Origin: Dichotomicrobium sp.
Lineage (GTDB): Bacteria > Pseudomonadota > Alphaproteobacteria > Rhizobiales > Rhodomicrobiaceae
Length of the DNA: 47,041 nucleotides
Direction: 5' to 3'
Assembly (NCBI GenBank): GCA_046543175.1
Contig: JBKGZY010000001.1
Coordinates: forward strand, 1-47,041
A program made the position numbers and the translations under genes. The notes under the pieces were generated by a model that was not told the DNA's origin, searched no databases, and saw only the letters and a list, made by a program, of their open reading frames with translations. Every line of letters starts with the position of its first letter. Within the stretch, counting starts at the first letter, position 1. Shown here in pieces: positions 9,947 through 19,861 of the stretch.

Positions 9947-11119
9947 GTGGATGTGCATGAGTTCCGTGCGAAGGAATTGCTCGCAGAGCGTGGCGTAACG
10001 ATCGCCAATGGCCGTGTCGCCGCAAGCAGCGACGATGCTGAACAGGCGGCTCGCGAGTTGGTCTGTGAGCGTTTCGTCGTCAAGGCCCAGATTCACGCCG
10101 GTGATCGGCTCGCGGGCGGGGGTATCCGTTTCGCTGGAAGCCTGGCCGAGGTGCGGGAGGCCGCGACAGCGATGCTTGGCCGGTCGCTCGTGACGCGCCA
10201 GACTGGCCCGGGCGGCGAAATCGTCCGTCGTGTGTATATCGAGGAGGCTGTCACCGCGGCGAGAACGTTCTACGTGGCGATCGCCGTGGACCGCGCGTCG
10301 GGCGAGATCGTTGCGCTAGGCAGCAGCTCGATGGTCGATGACAGCGAGCCGACCGCCGTCCGGGATCGTGGCGAGTTGCAGCGTCTCCGGATTCGCATTG
10401 CGGATGACTGCGCCGCTGCCGACTTTGCCAGTCTCGCGGAACGGATCGCACCGTCAGGCGTCGATAATGCCGGGCTCACCAACCTGCTGCAATGTCTCGC
10501 GGACACGGCGATCGAACTTGACGCGACGCTGCTCGAGATAAATCCGCTTGCCGTTCTGCCTGACGGACGCTTGATCGCTGTCGACGTCAAGATGACGATC
10601 GACGATAACGCGTTGTTCCGACACCCGGATCTTGCGGCGCTGCGCCAGACCGATGAGAACATTGAGGGCGACACCACCGAACATAAGGCCGACCGTCGCC
10701 ATACCAATTACGTAACGCTGGATGGCGATATCGGCATTGTGGTCAATGGCGCCGGGCTCTCGCTGGCAACGATCGACAGCCTGGTCGAGGCTGGAGGCCG
10801 CCCCGCGAATTTCATGGACATCCGAACAACCGCCACGAGCCTGGATATCGCATTCGCGTTTGAACTCGTGCTGGCCAATCCGGCGGCCAAGGCGGTTTTG
10901 CTCAACGTGCATGGCGGCGGAATGCAACCGTGTGACACCGTTGCGGAGGGTATTGGCGTGGCCATGCGCCGAAGCGGGCGGACATTGCCGCTGGTCATAC
11001 GCCTGGCGGGAAATAACGCGAACTTCGCTCGCGATCGACTCAAGACTTTCGGCGTCAACTTCGTCGAGGGCAGCAGCATCGCCGATGCCGCCAGACGCGT
11101 CGTCGCAATGGCGCAATAA
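9947..11119 (+). CDS. sucC: Succinyl-CoA synthetase/malate thiokinase beta-subunit-like protein (divergent paralogue)
   Basis: MDVHEFRAKELL, VVKAQIHAG, LEINPL, DDNALFRHP, VNGAGL; GTG start with GGAGGAGG RBS. Several canonical motifs are altered, so the substrate is uncertain. Confidence 0.8.
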   Translation: MDVHEFRAKELLAERGVTIANGRVAASSDDAEQAARELVCERFVVKAQIHAGDRLAGGGIRFAGSLAEVREAATAMLGRSLVTRQTGPGGEIVRRVYIEEAVTAARTFYVAIAVDRASGEIVALGSSSMVDDSEPTAVRDRGELQRLRIRIADDCAAADFASLAERIAPSGVDNAGLTNLLQCLADTAIELDATLLEINPLAVLPDGRLIAVDVKMTIDDNALFRHPDLAALRQTDENIEGDTTEHKADRRHTNYVTLDGDIGIVVNGAGLSLATIDSLVEAGGRPANFMDIRTTATSLDIAFAFELVLANPAAKAVLLNVHGGGMQPCDTVAEGIGVAMRRSGRTLPLVIRLAGNNANFARDRLKTFGVNFVEGSSIADAARRVVAMAQ

Positions 11120-11130
11120 GGGAGTTTCCG

Positions 11131-12045
11131 ATGGCGATCTTAATCGATCCGGACACGCGCGTCATATGTCAGGGAATGACCGGCCATGCCGGGCGCTATC
11201 ACACCCAGCGCATGGTCGCCTACGGCACCAATATCGTCGCCGGCGTGACACCGGGAAAAGGCGGCACCACCGCGCTCGATCTTCCTGTGTTCAACACGGT
11301 GCGCGAAGCCAAGGCGGCAACGGGCGCGAATGCGAGCATTGTCTTTGTTCCCCCCGAGAATGCCGCGCATGCGATGATCGAAGCGATCGAGGCGGAGTTG
11401 ACTCTCGTGGTTTGTGTCACCGAACGCGTGCCGCTTCTGGATACCATCCGTGTCCGGCAGGCCCTTGAGGGCTCGCAGACACGGCTCGTCGGCCCGAACT
11501 CGCAAGGGGTTCTGGCACCCGGCATCGCGCAGATCGGCGTCATGAGCTCGGTAAGCGCACGCCGCGGGAATGTTGGCGTCGCCTCGCGTTCTGCCTCGCT
11601 GACGAGCGAGGTGGTCGCGCAGATAACAGCGGCCGGGCTCGGACAGTCGACGACGGTGGGGGTTGGCGGCGACCCGATACATGGCATCGACCTGAAGACC
11701 TGTGTCGAGTTGTTCCTGGACGACCCGGATACGGATGGAATTGTCCTGATCGGCGAGATCGGCGGAACCGAGGAAGAGGAAGTGGCGGAACTGGTGGCCA
11801 GCGTCAAGCCGGAGAAGCCGATCCTTGCTCTGATCGTGGGCCGGTACGCGCCACACAAGAAGCGCATGGGACATGCCGGCGCGTTCATGACCGGCAGTGG
11901 AGGCACCGTGGAAAGCAAGATTGCCGCGTTGAGTGCGGCGGGCATCCGGATTGCCGCGAACGCAAGCGTGGTCGGAGACAGCATCCGGCAGGCCATCACG
12001 GAGACGTCGCCCTCCATGGTGCGATCGGTAGGCGTATCGTCCTGA
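11131..12045 (+). CDS. sucD: Succinyl-CoA synthetase alpha-subunit-like protein (divergent paralogue)
   Basis: VICQGMTG, GVTPGKGG, VGVGGDP, IGEIGG, phospho-His motif RMGHAGA. Confidence 0.85.
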   Translation: MAILIDPDTRVICQGMTGHAGRYHTQRMVAYGTNIVAGVTPGKGGTTALDLPVFNTVREAKAATGANASIVFVPPENAAHAMIEAIEAELTLVVCVTERVPLLDTIRVRQALEGSQTRLVGPNSQGVLAPGIAQIGVMSSVSARRGNVGVASRSASLTSEVVAQITAAGLGQSTTVGVGGDPIHGIDLKTCVELFLDDPDTDGIVLIGEIGGTEEEEVAELVASVKPEKPILALIVGRYAPHKKRMGHAGAFMTGSGGTVESKIAALSAAGIRIAANASVVGDSIRQAITETSPSMVRSVGVSS

Positions 12046-12250
12046 GGATTGTCCCGCACGGGACCAGTGAACAGGGCAAGCCGACGTCCTTCGCAAGTGG
12101 CTCCATAGAGGCCGCGCCCGAAACGAAAAGCCGTCGGCACGCTGAAGGGCTTCAAGCGCAACGCCCGCCGCCGTCACAAGGCAAGGCGAAACGTCGCTTC
12201 CTTCCCCGCCGTCGCCACCGGCTTCCTCTCGATCGTATCCGTCCGCGCGA

Positions 12251-12279
12251 TCCGGCGTCCTCTTCAAACCGACGCCGGA
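12251..12279. terminator. GC-rich hairpin between the convergent sucD-like and doeC genes
   Basis: TCCGGCGTC-N11-GACGCCGGA, 9-bp stem; no clear U-tract. Confidence 0.3.
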
Positions 12280-12302
12280 GGCAATTCGGGTCCGCGCATT
12301 TG

Positions 12303-13787
12303 CTATGCCCAGTCGCGGCAGACGTATTTGACGTCCATGAACTCTTCCATGCCGAGCCGTGCACCTTCGCGGCCCAGACCCGACTGTTTCATGCCGCCAA
12401 ACGGGATCGGCGCGCCGGTAACCTTGGTGCGATTGACAGCGACCATTCCGTATTGCAGCGCCCGGCTTGCGCGGTAGATGCGGCGGGGATCCTGGGTATG
12501 CAGATAAGCAACGAGACCGTATTCGGTGTCGTTGGCGCGCGCGAGCACCTCGTCCTCGGTATCGAACGGGACAATCGCGGCAACCGGCCCGAATGTCTCC
12601 TCCCGCATGATCAGCGCATCGTCCGGTACATCTGACAGTACCGTAGGCTCATAGAACAGCGGTCCGGCAGCGTGGCGTCTGCCTCCGCAAAGCAGCTTGG
12701 CGCCCCTGTTCACCGCGTCGGCAACGTGTTCTTCCTGCTTGGCGACGGACTTTTCGTTCATCAGTGGACCGATGTCGGGATCATCGGTCCCGGCGCCGAC
12801 TGTCAAGGCAGCCGTGCGTTCGGCAAAACGCTTGCAGAATTCCGGGTACACGGAGCGCTCGACATAGAAGCGGTTCGCGGCAAGGCAATCCTGTCCCGAG
12901 GTCGCGAACTTGGCCTTGATGGCTTCATCGACGGCATTGTCGAAGTCCGCGTCGGCAAACAGGAGAAACGGCGCGTGACCGCCAAGTTCCATGATGATGT
13001 GTTTCACGGTCTGGGCACTTTCCCGGTAGAGAAGTTTGCCGATTTCGGTCGAGCCGGTGAAACTCACGGCGCGAACCCTGGGCTCTTCCATCCACACAGG
13101 AACGATTGTCGAGGCGCGTCCGGTCACGACGTTGAACACGCCTGCCGGTATGCCCGCCCGTTCTGCCAGTTCCGCGAGCGCCAGCGCGGAAAACGGGGTC
13201 TCATGCGAGGGGTGGGCGACAACCGTGCAGCCCGCGGCGAGCGCGGCGGCGGCCTTGCGGGTGAGCATCGCCGAGGGGAAATTCCAGGGTGTAATCAGAG
13301 CGGCGATTCCGACGGGTTCGCGCCAGACTTCGACCTCGGCATCGGGCAGGTGCGAGGTAACGCTCTCGATATTCGGCCGTTTCGTTTCCTCGGCATAAAA
13401 TTCCAGGAATGAAGCGGCATAGTCTATTTCGCCACGCGCTTCGGAAATCGGCTTGCCCTGTTCGGCCGTCATGATCTGAGCCAGGTCCTCCTTGTGTTCG
13501 ATCATGAGATCGAACCACCTGCGCAGGAGCGTCGAACGCTGCTGCGGCAGCATATCGGACCAAGCGGGGAATGCCTTGTGCGCCGCCTCCACGGCCGCCT
13601 CGCTCTCTTTCTCGGAAAGTTGGGCCACTTCACCGATCAGCGTTCCGCTGGCCGGGTCCGTGACGGCCAGCGCCGCCCCGTCCGCCGCTCCGGTCCAGCA
13701 GCCGTCGATATAGGAAAACAGCCGAAACAGACGCGCATCCGCAATCCTGCGCAGAACGCTTTCATACGAATCCGTTGCACCACTCAT
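12303..13787 (-). CDS. doeC: NAD(P)-dependent aldehyde dehydrogenase, succinate/aspartate-semialdehyde dehydrogenase of ectoine catabolism (GabD-like)
   Basis: ITPWNFP, SFTGSTEIG, catalytic MELGG and ATSGQDCL, EETFGP; follows the AsnC regulator in an ectoine cluster. Confidence 0.88.
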   Translation of the reverse strand: MSGATDSYESVLRRIADARLFRLFSYIDGCWTGAADGAALAVTDPASGTLIGEVAQLSEKESEAAVEAAHKAFPAWSDMLPQQRSTLLRRWFDLMIEHKEDLAQIMTAEQGKPISEARGEIDYAASFLEFYAEETKRPNIESVTSHLPDAEVEVWREPVGIAALITPWNFPSAMLTRKAAAALAAGCTVVAHPSHETPFSALALAELAERAGIPAGVFNVVTGRASTIVPVWMEEPRVRAVSFTGSTEIGKLLYRESAQTVKHIIMELGGHAPFLLFADADFDNAVDEAIKAKFATSGQDCLAANRFYVERSVYPEFCKRFAERTAALTVGAGTDDPDIGPLMNEKSVAKQEEHVADAVNRGAKLLCGGRRHAAGPLFYEPTVLSDVPDDALIMREETFGPVAAIVPFDTEDEVLARANDTEYGLVAYLHTQDPRRIYRASRALQYGMVAVNRTKVTGAPIPFGGMKQSGLGREGARLGMEEFMDVKYVCRDWA

Positions 13788-14028
13788 ACCGACCGCTCCT
13801 CCTGTTGATGAATGCCTGTCCTCGCACTCGATCCGGGGATGCCTTCATTGTCGCTGTTCGACGCCGGGAGCCGGCGCGAAGGCGACGTAGATGCCAGAAA
13901 ACAAGACGTTCGAGGACGTTCCCCGGTCCCGATTCAACTGCGCGCGGACTAGCGTAACGTGGCACAGGCAGACGAAGGCACCAAATTCGGGCCGTCGAGC
14001 AGATGAAACATCCATTTCCGCGATGGGG

Positions 14029-14529
14029 TCAGGAATTCGGCTCCGAAGAGGCCAGCAGCGTCTCGTAAGGATAGGCCGCGCCGGTCTTTACCGGCTTGGT
14101 CACCACATAGGTGAAGTAACGGGCAAGGCCGAGCCCGCGTTCCAGCAAGGAGTCGATCAGACGCTGATAGCTGTCTATGTCGCGGGTAACGACCTGGAGA
14201 AGATAGTCGAAGCCGCCGCCGATCGCCCAGCAGGCAACGACTTCGTCGCATCGAGAAACGGCACGTTCAAACGCCTGGAAGCTCTCGGCACGATGGTTTT
14301 CCAACTCCACCGTCACGAACACCGCCACATGCGGCGCAATATGCCTGAGCGATACATCCGCATGGTAGCCGCGGACAATACCGGCCGATTCAAGCCGCTT
14401 CAATCGCTGCCAGCAGGGCGTGGGGGTGAGATTGACCCTTTTCGCAAGGTCAGCTTTGGAAATCCGGCCCTCCCGCGACAATACCGACAGAATCTGTATG
14501 TCGCGGTCATCGAGTTTCACCCGGCTCAT
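14029..14529 (-). CDS. doeX: Lrp/AsnC-family regulator of ectoine catabolism
   Basis: KLDDRDIQIL...LAKRVNLTPTPCWQRLKRLE HTH and RAM domain (GGGFDYLL). Start uncertain (14529 ATG, 14520 GTG or further upstream). Confidence 0.88.
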   Translation of the reverse strand: MSRVKLDDRDIQILSVLSREGRISKADLAKRVNLTPTPCWQRLKRLESAGIVRGYHADVSLRHIAPHVAVFVTVELENHRAESFQAFERAVSRCDEVVACWAIGGGFDYLLQVVTRDIDSYQRLIDSLLERGLGLARYFTYVVTKPVKTGAAYPYETLLASSEPNS

Positions 14530-14564
14530 AGCGGCAACCATGCTGACCCTGAAATGCCTTGTCA

Positions 14565-14601
14565 ATTGTCATGAATAAGACAACAATTTAATCATGACAA
14601 T
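14565..14601. promoter_or_regulatory. Putative EnuR (MocR-type) operator between the divergent doeX and enuR genes
   Basis: Perfect 10-bp inverted repeat ATTGTCATGA-N17-TCATGACAAT overlapping the enuR start codon; the same core recurs at 15982-16043. Confidence 0.65.
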
Positions 14602-15982
14602 ATGGCCGCCACAACGGCAGGACCTTAAACGTCCCGTCTATCGTTCGCTGGCTGATACGGTCACCCAAGCGATCGAAGTGGGCGCACTGAAACCCGGGGA
14701 CCGCCTGCCGACGCATCGTCAACTGGCCTATGAGCTCGGGCTCAGTGTGCAAACCATAAGCCGCGCCTACGAAGAGTTGATCCGCCGTGGGGTGATTTCC
14801 GGCGAAGTGGGCCGGGGAACGTTTGTGCGCGCTGGCCAGAGCGAAGTCGGAACGCCGTTCCTGCCGCAAACGCAGTATGATGAGCTGATCGACTGCTCGA
14901 TCCTGAAACCCGTTCTCGAAACGATCCATCTGGATTGCCTCCGCAAGGTGCTCGCGGAGCTTGGCAGCGATCTATCCCCGACCAGCGCGACATCGTCCCG
15001 TCCCTCAACAATTCACAATCTCTATGGTGATACAGCCCTTGCCTGGCTTGAGAAATGCGGAGTTCGCCCGCCTCGCGAATCGATCCTGCTCACTAACGGC
15101 AACACCTCGGCCATGACAATTGCCCTGATGACGGCGGCAAATCCGGGCGATCTGATCGTTGCGGAATCATTGAGCCACCACACGCTGAGACCACTGGCGC
15201 AATATCTCGGTCTGCGGCTCATCGGGCTGGAGTTCGATGAAGAAGGCGTTGTTCCGGACGACCTTGCCCGCGTCTGCGCGAACCACTCCGTGAAGGCGGT
15301 CTATGTCATGCCGAGCGGTCTCAGCGCGACGGCGAGCATGATGGGGCTGGACCGGCGCCGGGCGCTGTGCCGGATCGCCCGTAGATACAATGTCCTGATT
15401 ATCGAGAACGACGCCTGGGGGCCCATCCAGCCTGCACGGCCGGATCCGATTGCCGCCCTTGCACCTGAGCGAACGTTCTACTTCACCAGTTTCACGAAAT
15501 GCATCATGCCGGGGTTGCGGCTCGGATATCTCGTCGTCCCGGAACCGCTCAGTTCGGCCGCCGCAACCCGGCATCTCGTGACCAACTGGATGGCGACGCC
15601 GATTCTTGCCGAGATCGCGTCACGCTGGATTGCAGATGGAACTGCGGAGCATCTGCTGGAATGGCAGATAGCGGCGCTGAGCGCCCGAAACGAAATGGCG
15701 GCGGAGATTTTCGCCAACATCCCCTTCAACGCGAGCCCGAACGGTCTGCATGTCTGGCTGCCTCTGCCGCCGGTCTGGCGCGAGGACATATTCGAGGCAC
15801 ATGCACGCCTGCACAACGTTGCCGTCGCGCGGGGATCACATTTTGCCGTGTCGGAATCCGTTATTTCCCAAGGCGTAAGGATATGTCTCGGGACAAAGTC
15901 CGCGGCCGATCTGGAACGTGGATTGCAGACGATCGCTCATCTGGTACGAAGCCAGCCCGAACCGGCCATGCTTGCGATTTAG
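14594..15982 (+). CDS. enuR: MocR/GabR-family PLP-dependent regulator EnuR/EhuR
   Basis: GntR wHTH (GDRLPTHRQLA...RAYEEL...GRGTFV) fused to an aminotransferase I domain with PLP lysine (SFTKCIMPGLRLG); precedes ectoine uptake genes. Confidence 0.88.
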   Translation: MTIWPPQRQDLKRPVYRSLADTVTQAIEVGALKPGDRLPTHRQLAYELGLSVQTISRAYEELIRRGVISGEVGRGTFVRAGQSEVGTPFLPQTQYDELIDCSILKPVLETIHLDCLRKVLAELGSDLSPTSATSSRPSTIHNLYGDTALAWLEKCGVRPPRESILLTNGNTSAMTIALMTAANPGDLIVAESLSHHTLRPLAQYLGLRLIGLEFDEEGVVPDDLARVCANHSVKAVYVMPSGLSATASMMGLDRRRALCRIARRYNVLIIENDAWGPIQPARPDPIAALAPERTFYFTSFTKCIMPGLRLGYLVVPEPLSSAAATRHLVTNWMATPILAEIASRWIADGTAEHLLEWQIAALSARNEMAAEIFANIPFNASPNGLHVWLPLPPVWREDIFEAHARLHNVAVARGSHFAVSESVISQGVRICLGTKSAADLERGLQTIAHLVRSQPEPAMLAI

Positions 15983-16053
15983 GTGACAATCCGTCTCGTG
16001 GATTGTCATGATTTAATATAGCATTTGACTCCAAATTGTCACCGTTTCAAGCT
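15982..16053 (+). promoter_or_regulatory. Putative EnuR operator and sigma70 promoter of the ueh-eut operon
   Basis: TGACAATCC-N7-GGATTGTCA (15984-16008), third ATTGTCA at 16035-16041 inside the spacer of TTGACT(16025)-N17-CAAGCT(16048). Confidence 0.65.
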
Positions 16054-16318
16054 CGATTAATGCCGCGAAGCTGCTCTGGGGCAAGGGCGATTATGACATC
16101 GTTCGGCATGGGAATTGGCGCGTCTTGATCGGTTTTGCCCTGCGGGATAGGCGACATTGACGCATGGCCCATGCGAATGTCTCCGCACATGCGTATAGGA
16201 TCATGTCTTGTCGATGTCGTGGAGCGGGTATCGTCGGATTGAAATCTTGCAGTCAGGATGTCCGTTCCGGCACCGATTTAACAGTGTGAAGGCGTCACGA
16301 AATATAGGGGATTTCAGC

Positions 16319-17338
16319 ATGAAATTGAACACAGGCACTCTGCTGAAGGGCATCGCAATTGCTGCTGCGCTCTCAGTAACGGCAACGGTTGCGCACGCCG
16401 CGAACTGGAAATACGCCTTCGAGGAGGCGATGGAGGACGTGCAGGGCAAGTACGCCCAGAAGTTCAAGGAAGAGATCGAGGCGAACACCGATCACACCAT
16501 CCAGCTCTATCCCTTTGGCACTCTCGGTGAGTCCGCCGACATCATGGAGCAGACGCAGTCGGGGATTCTCCAGTTCGTCGACCAGTCGCCCGGCTTCACC
16601 GGCTCGCTGATTCCCGAGGCGCAGGTGTTCTTCGTGCCTTACCTGCTGCCGCAGGACCACGAGACGCTCGTCGAGTTTTTCCGCAACTCGAAAGCCATCA
16701 ACGAGATGTTTCCCGAGCTTTATGCCGAACAGGGGCTCGAACTCCTCAAGCTGTTCCCGGAGGGCGAGGTCTGCATGACGACGCAGGAGCCGGTGAGCAG
16801 TCCCGCGGACCTTGACGAGGTGAAGGTCCGGGTGATGACCAATCCGCTGCTGGTCGAGAGCTACAAGGCCTTCGGCGCCACGCCGACGCCGCTGCCGTGG
16901 GGCGAGGTGTATGGCGCGCTGCAGACCGGCGTCATCCAGGGCCAGGAAAACCCGGCCTTCTGGATCGAGTCGACCAAGATGTACGAGGTCAGCCCGGTCA
17001 TCACATGCATCGGCCACAACAACTTCACGACCGGTGTCATGGCGAACAAGGAGTTCTATGACGGCCTCAGCGAGGAAGACCAGCAGGCGATCCAGGACGC
17101 CTCCGACGCGGCCTTCGACTACATCGTGGAGTACCAGAAGGGCCTGCACGAGGAGTCGATCCAGAAGATCAAGGAGGCCGACCCCGACGTCACGGTCAAC
17201 GTCCTCCCGGAAGAGGAGCGCCAGCCGTTCATGGAGGCGGCCAAGGAAGTCGAGGCCAAGTTCGTCGAGATGACCGGCGAGAGCGGCGAGGCGATCCTCG
17301 AGCAGATGAAGAAGGATCTCGAGGCTGCCAAGCAATAA
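16319..17338 (+). CDS. uehA: TRAP transporter substrate-binding protein (ectoine/hydroxyectoine, UehA/TeaA type)
   Basis: Signal peptide, WKYAFEE, PFGTLGES, RVMTNPLL, WGEVYGALQTGVIQGQENP; start 16319 after GGGGA. Confidence 0.9.
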   Translation: MKLNTGTLLKGIAIAAALSVTATVAHAANWKYAFEEAMEDVQGKYAQKFKEEIEANTDHTIQLYPFGTLGESADIMEQTQSGILQFVDQSPGFTGSLIPEAQVFFVPYLLPQDHETLVEFFRNSKAINEMFPELYAEQGLELLKLFPEGEVCMTTQEPVSSPADLDEVKVRVMTNPLLVESYKAFGATPTPLPWGEVYGALQTGVIQGQENPAFWIESTKMYEVSPVITCIGHNNFTTGVMANKEFYDGLSEEDQQAIQDASDAAFDYIVEYQKGLHEESIQKIKEADPDVTVNVLPEEERQPFMEAAKEVEAKFVEMTGESGEAILEQMKKDLEAAKQ

Positions 17339-17360
17339 GCTGCGCGAAATGATGCGATCG

Positions 17361-17387
17361 CCGGAGGTGGCCGCGCGCCGCCTCCGG
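17361..17387 (+). terminator. Intercistronic hairpin after the binding-protein gene (partial terminator or mRNA stabiliser)
   Basis: CCGGAGGTGGC-N5-GCCGCCTCCGG followed by CCCCTTTCT. Confidence 0.45.
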
Positions 17388-17415
17388 CCCCTTTCTCGGG
17401 ACGGTCAGGGGGTGC

Positions 17416-17997
17416 GTGGTGGCCAAGGCAGAAAAATACGATCCGTACGCTTCGTCGTTGCCGGGCTTTCTCGGCACAATCGACAGCATCATCGCCCGTA
17501 TCGAGGCGGTCATGCTCGCCGTCGGCGTTCTGCTGATGGCGGGGAACACCATCGCAAACGTCGTCGGTCGGTTCGTCTTCCAAAGCAGCCTCTTCTTTTC
17601 TGAGGAGCTGAACCGCATCCTCATCATCCTGATCACCTTCGCGGGCATCAGCTACGCGGCGCGCCAGGGCCGCCACATCCGGATGTCGGCGATTTTCGAC
17701 ACGCTGCCCGGCCCGGCGCGCAAGGTGCTCATGATCATTATCGCCGCCATCACCGCCGCCTTCATGTTCACACTGTGCTGGTACTCCATCGGCTATATCG
17801 ACTCCCAGGCCGGGCGCGGACGCCTGCTTCCCGCCCTGCAGATCCCGGTATGGTGGACACTGCTTTGGGTGCCAGTCGGGTTCTTCCTGACCGGGGCGCA
17901 GTACGTACTGACAGTCATCAAGAATATCGTCGAGAAAGACATTTATCTCTCCACCAACATCCTGGAGGGGTATGAAAAAGACGAGCAGGAAGTCTGA
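17416..17997 (+). CDS. uehB: TRAP transporter small permease (DctQ, UehB/TeaB)
   Basis: 4 TM helices, [20 protein letters not shown]. Confidence 0.88.
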   Translation: MVAKAEKYDPYASSLPGFLGTIDSIIARIEAVMLAVGVLLMAGNTIANVVGRFVFQSSLFFSEELNRILIILITFAGISYAARQGRHIRMSAIFDTLPGPARKVLMIIIAAITAAFMFTLCWYSIGYIDSQAGRGRLLPALQIPVWWTLLWVPVGFFLTGAQYVLTVIKNIVEKDIYLSTNILEGYEKDEQEV

Positions 17998-18009
17998 GGG
18001 GGCGACGTC

Positions 18010-19296
18010 ATGGCGACGACGATATTTTCAATCATGATCGTGCTTCTCCTGCTCGGCTTCCCGATGATGATCCCGCTCATCGCGGCCTCCTTTACCGGCT
18101 TCTACATGATGATGGGCGGCTTGGGGCAGATGGAAACGATGGTCCAGCAGATGCTGGCGGGCATCCGCCCGGCGTCGCTGATCGCTGTGCCGATGTTCAT
18201 CTTCGCCGCGGATATCATGACACGTGGGCATTCGGCCGATCGGCTGATCGACCTGGTGATGCGCTTCGTGGGGCATGTGAAGGGCGGGCTCGCGGTCTCG
18301 ACGGCGACGGCCTGCACGCTGTTCGGCGCCGTTTCCGGCTCGACGCAGGCAACCGTGGTCGCCATCGGCGGACCACTGCGCCCGCGCATGCTCAAGGCCG
18401 GCTACAAGGACAACTTCGTCCTGGCGCTGATCGTGAATGCGAGCGATATCGCCTTCCTGATCCCGCCTTCGATCGGCATGATCATTTACGGCGTGGTCTC
18501 CAAGACTTCGATCGCCGAACTCTTCATCGCGGGGATCGGGCCCGGCCTACTGATCTTGGTGCTGTTCGCCGCCTACAGCGTCATATACGCGGTGCGCAAC
18601 GATGTCCCGACCGAACCGAAGGCGACCTGGGGCGAGCGCCTGAGCGCGATGTACCGGGCGATCTGGCCGCTCGGCTTTCCCGTCATCGTCATCGGCGGCA
18701 TCTATGGCGGCGTGTTCAGCCCCACCGAGGCGGCGGCCGCCTGCGTGCTATACGCGCTGATACTCGAATTTCTCGTGTTCCGCTCGCTCTCATTTGCGGA
18801 CATCTATGATACGGCCAAGTCGACAGGATTGATCACCGCGGTCGTCTTCATCCTGGTGGCTGCCGGCGCCGCATTCTCCTGGATCATCTCGTTTGCCCAG
18901 ATTCCCCAGCAACTCCTCTCGGCGGTCGGCATCGCCGATATGGGCCAGATCGGCGTGCTGTTCGTGATCTCGATCGCGTTCTTTATCGGCTGCATGTTCG
19001 TCGACCCCATCGTCGTGATCCTGGTTCTCGTGCCGATCTTCGCCCCGGTCGTGGAAGCGGTCGGGCTCGATCCGGTGCTCGTGGGCACGATCATCACGCT
19101 GCAGGTCGCGATCGGCTCGGCTACCCCGCCCTTCGGCTGCGACATCTTCACCGCGATCGCGGTGTTCAAGCGGCCCTATATCGAGGTGATCAGGGGCACG
19201 CCGCCATTCATCGTGATCCTGTTGGGAGTCGCCGTGGCGCTGATCTTTTTCCCGCAGATCGCGCTGTTCCTGCGCGACCTGGCCTTCGCGAAGTGA
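18010..19296 (+). CDS. uehC: TRAP transporter large permease (DctM, UehC/TeaC)
   Basis: LIAVPMFI, FGAVSGS, LIPPSI, SPTEAAA, TPPFG. Confidence 0.92.
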   Translation: MATTIFSIMIVLLLLGFPMMIPLIAASFTGFYMMMGGLGQMETMVQQMLAGIRPASLIAVPMFIFAADIMTRGHSADRLIDLVMRFVGHVKGGLAVSTATACTLFGAVSGSTQATVVAIGGPLRPRMLKAGYKDNFVLALIVNASDIAFLIPPSIGMIIYGVVSKTSIAELFIAGIGPGLLILVLFAAYSVIYAVRNDVPTEPKATWGERLSAMYRAIWPLGFPVIVIGGIYGGVFSPTEAAAACVLYALILEFLVFRSLSFADIYDTAKSTGLITAVVFILVAAGAAFSWIISFAQIPQQLLSAVGIADMGQIGVLFVISIAFFIGCMFVDPIVVILVLVPIFAPVVEAVGLDPVLVGTIITLQVAIGSATPPFGCDIFTAIAVFKRPYIEVIRGTPPFIVILLGVAVALIFFPQIALFLRDLAFAK

Positions 19297-19308
19297 TGGG
19301 AGGGACGG

Positions 19309-19746
19309 ATGTTCAAGCATATCCTCGTGCCGGTCGACGGATCGAAGAACGCGCTGGCGGCGCTGGAAAAGGCGGTTGAGCTTCGCGCCCTGACCGGCGC
19401 CGAGTTGAGCATCCTCACTGTCTATCGCCACCATTCGATGCTGGAAGCCTCCCTATCGATGGTGCGTCCCCAGGATGTTGGCAACATCGACGACGCCATG
19501 CGGGATCACGCGAAAGAGGTTGCCGAAGCAGCGAAAGCCCGTGCACTGGAACTCGGCGCCGACGGCGCACGCGCCTTTGTCCGCAACGGGCCCGTGGCAC
19601 GCGGCATCGTCAATTTCGCCAAAGAGCATGGTTGCGACCTGATCGTGATCGGCGGCCGCGGGCTTGGCTCGATGGAGGACTATCTGCTCGGCAGCGTGTC
19701 GCACAAGGTAACAGGCACGGCGAAGTGTCCCGTGATGGTCGTTTGA
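19309..19746 (+). CDS. usp: Universal stress protein (TeaD-like)
   Basis: ILVPVDGS, GGRGLG...LLGSVSHKV, CPVMVV; usual position after the ectoine TRAP genes. Confidence 0.92.
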   Translation: MFKHILVPVDGSKNALAALEKAVELRALTGAELSILTVYRHHSMLEASLSMVRPQDVGNIDDAMRDHAKEVAEAAKARALELGADGARAFVRNGPVARGIVNFAKEHGCDLIVIGGRGLGSMEDYLLGSVSHKVTGTAKCPVMVV

Positions 19747-19861
19747 ACCGGCCGGACTGGGCTCATCTTGCTCGGCCGCGTTGCCACCGGGGCTAAAGGC
19801 AATGCTCCGGGAATTGTTTTCCGATCTCGAAACTGGTCGAATTTCAGGAGCGCACGGTCAT

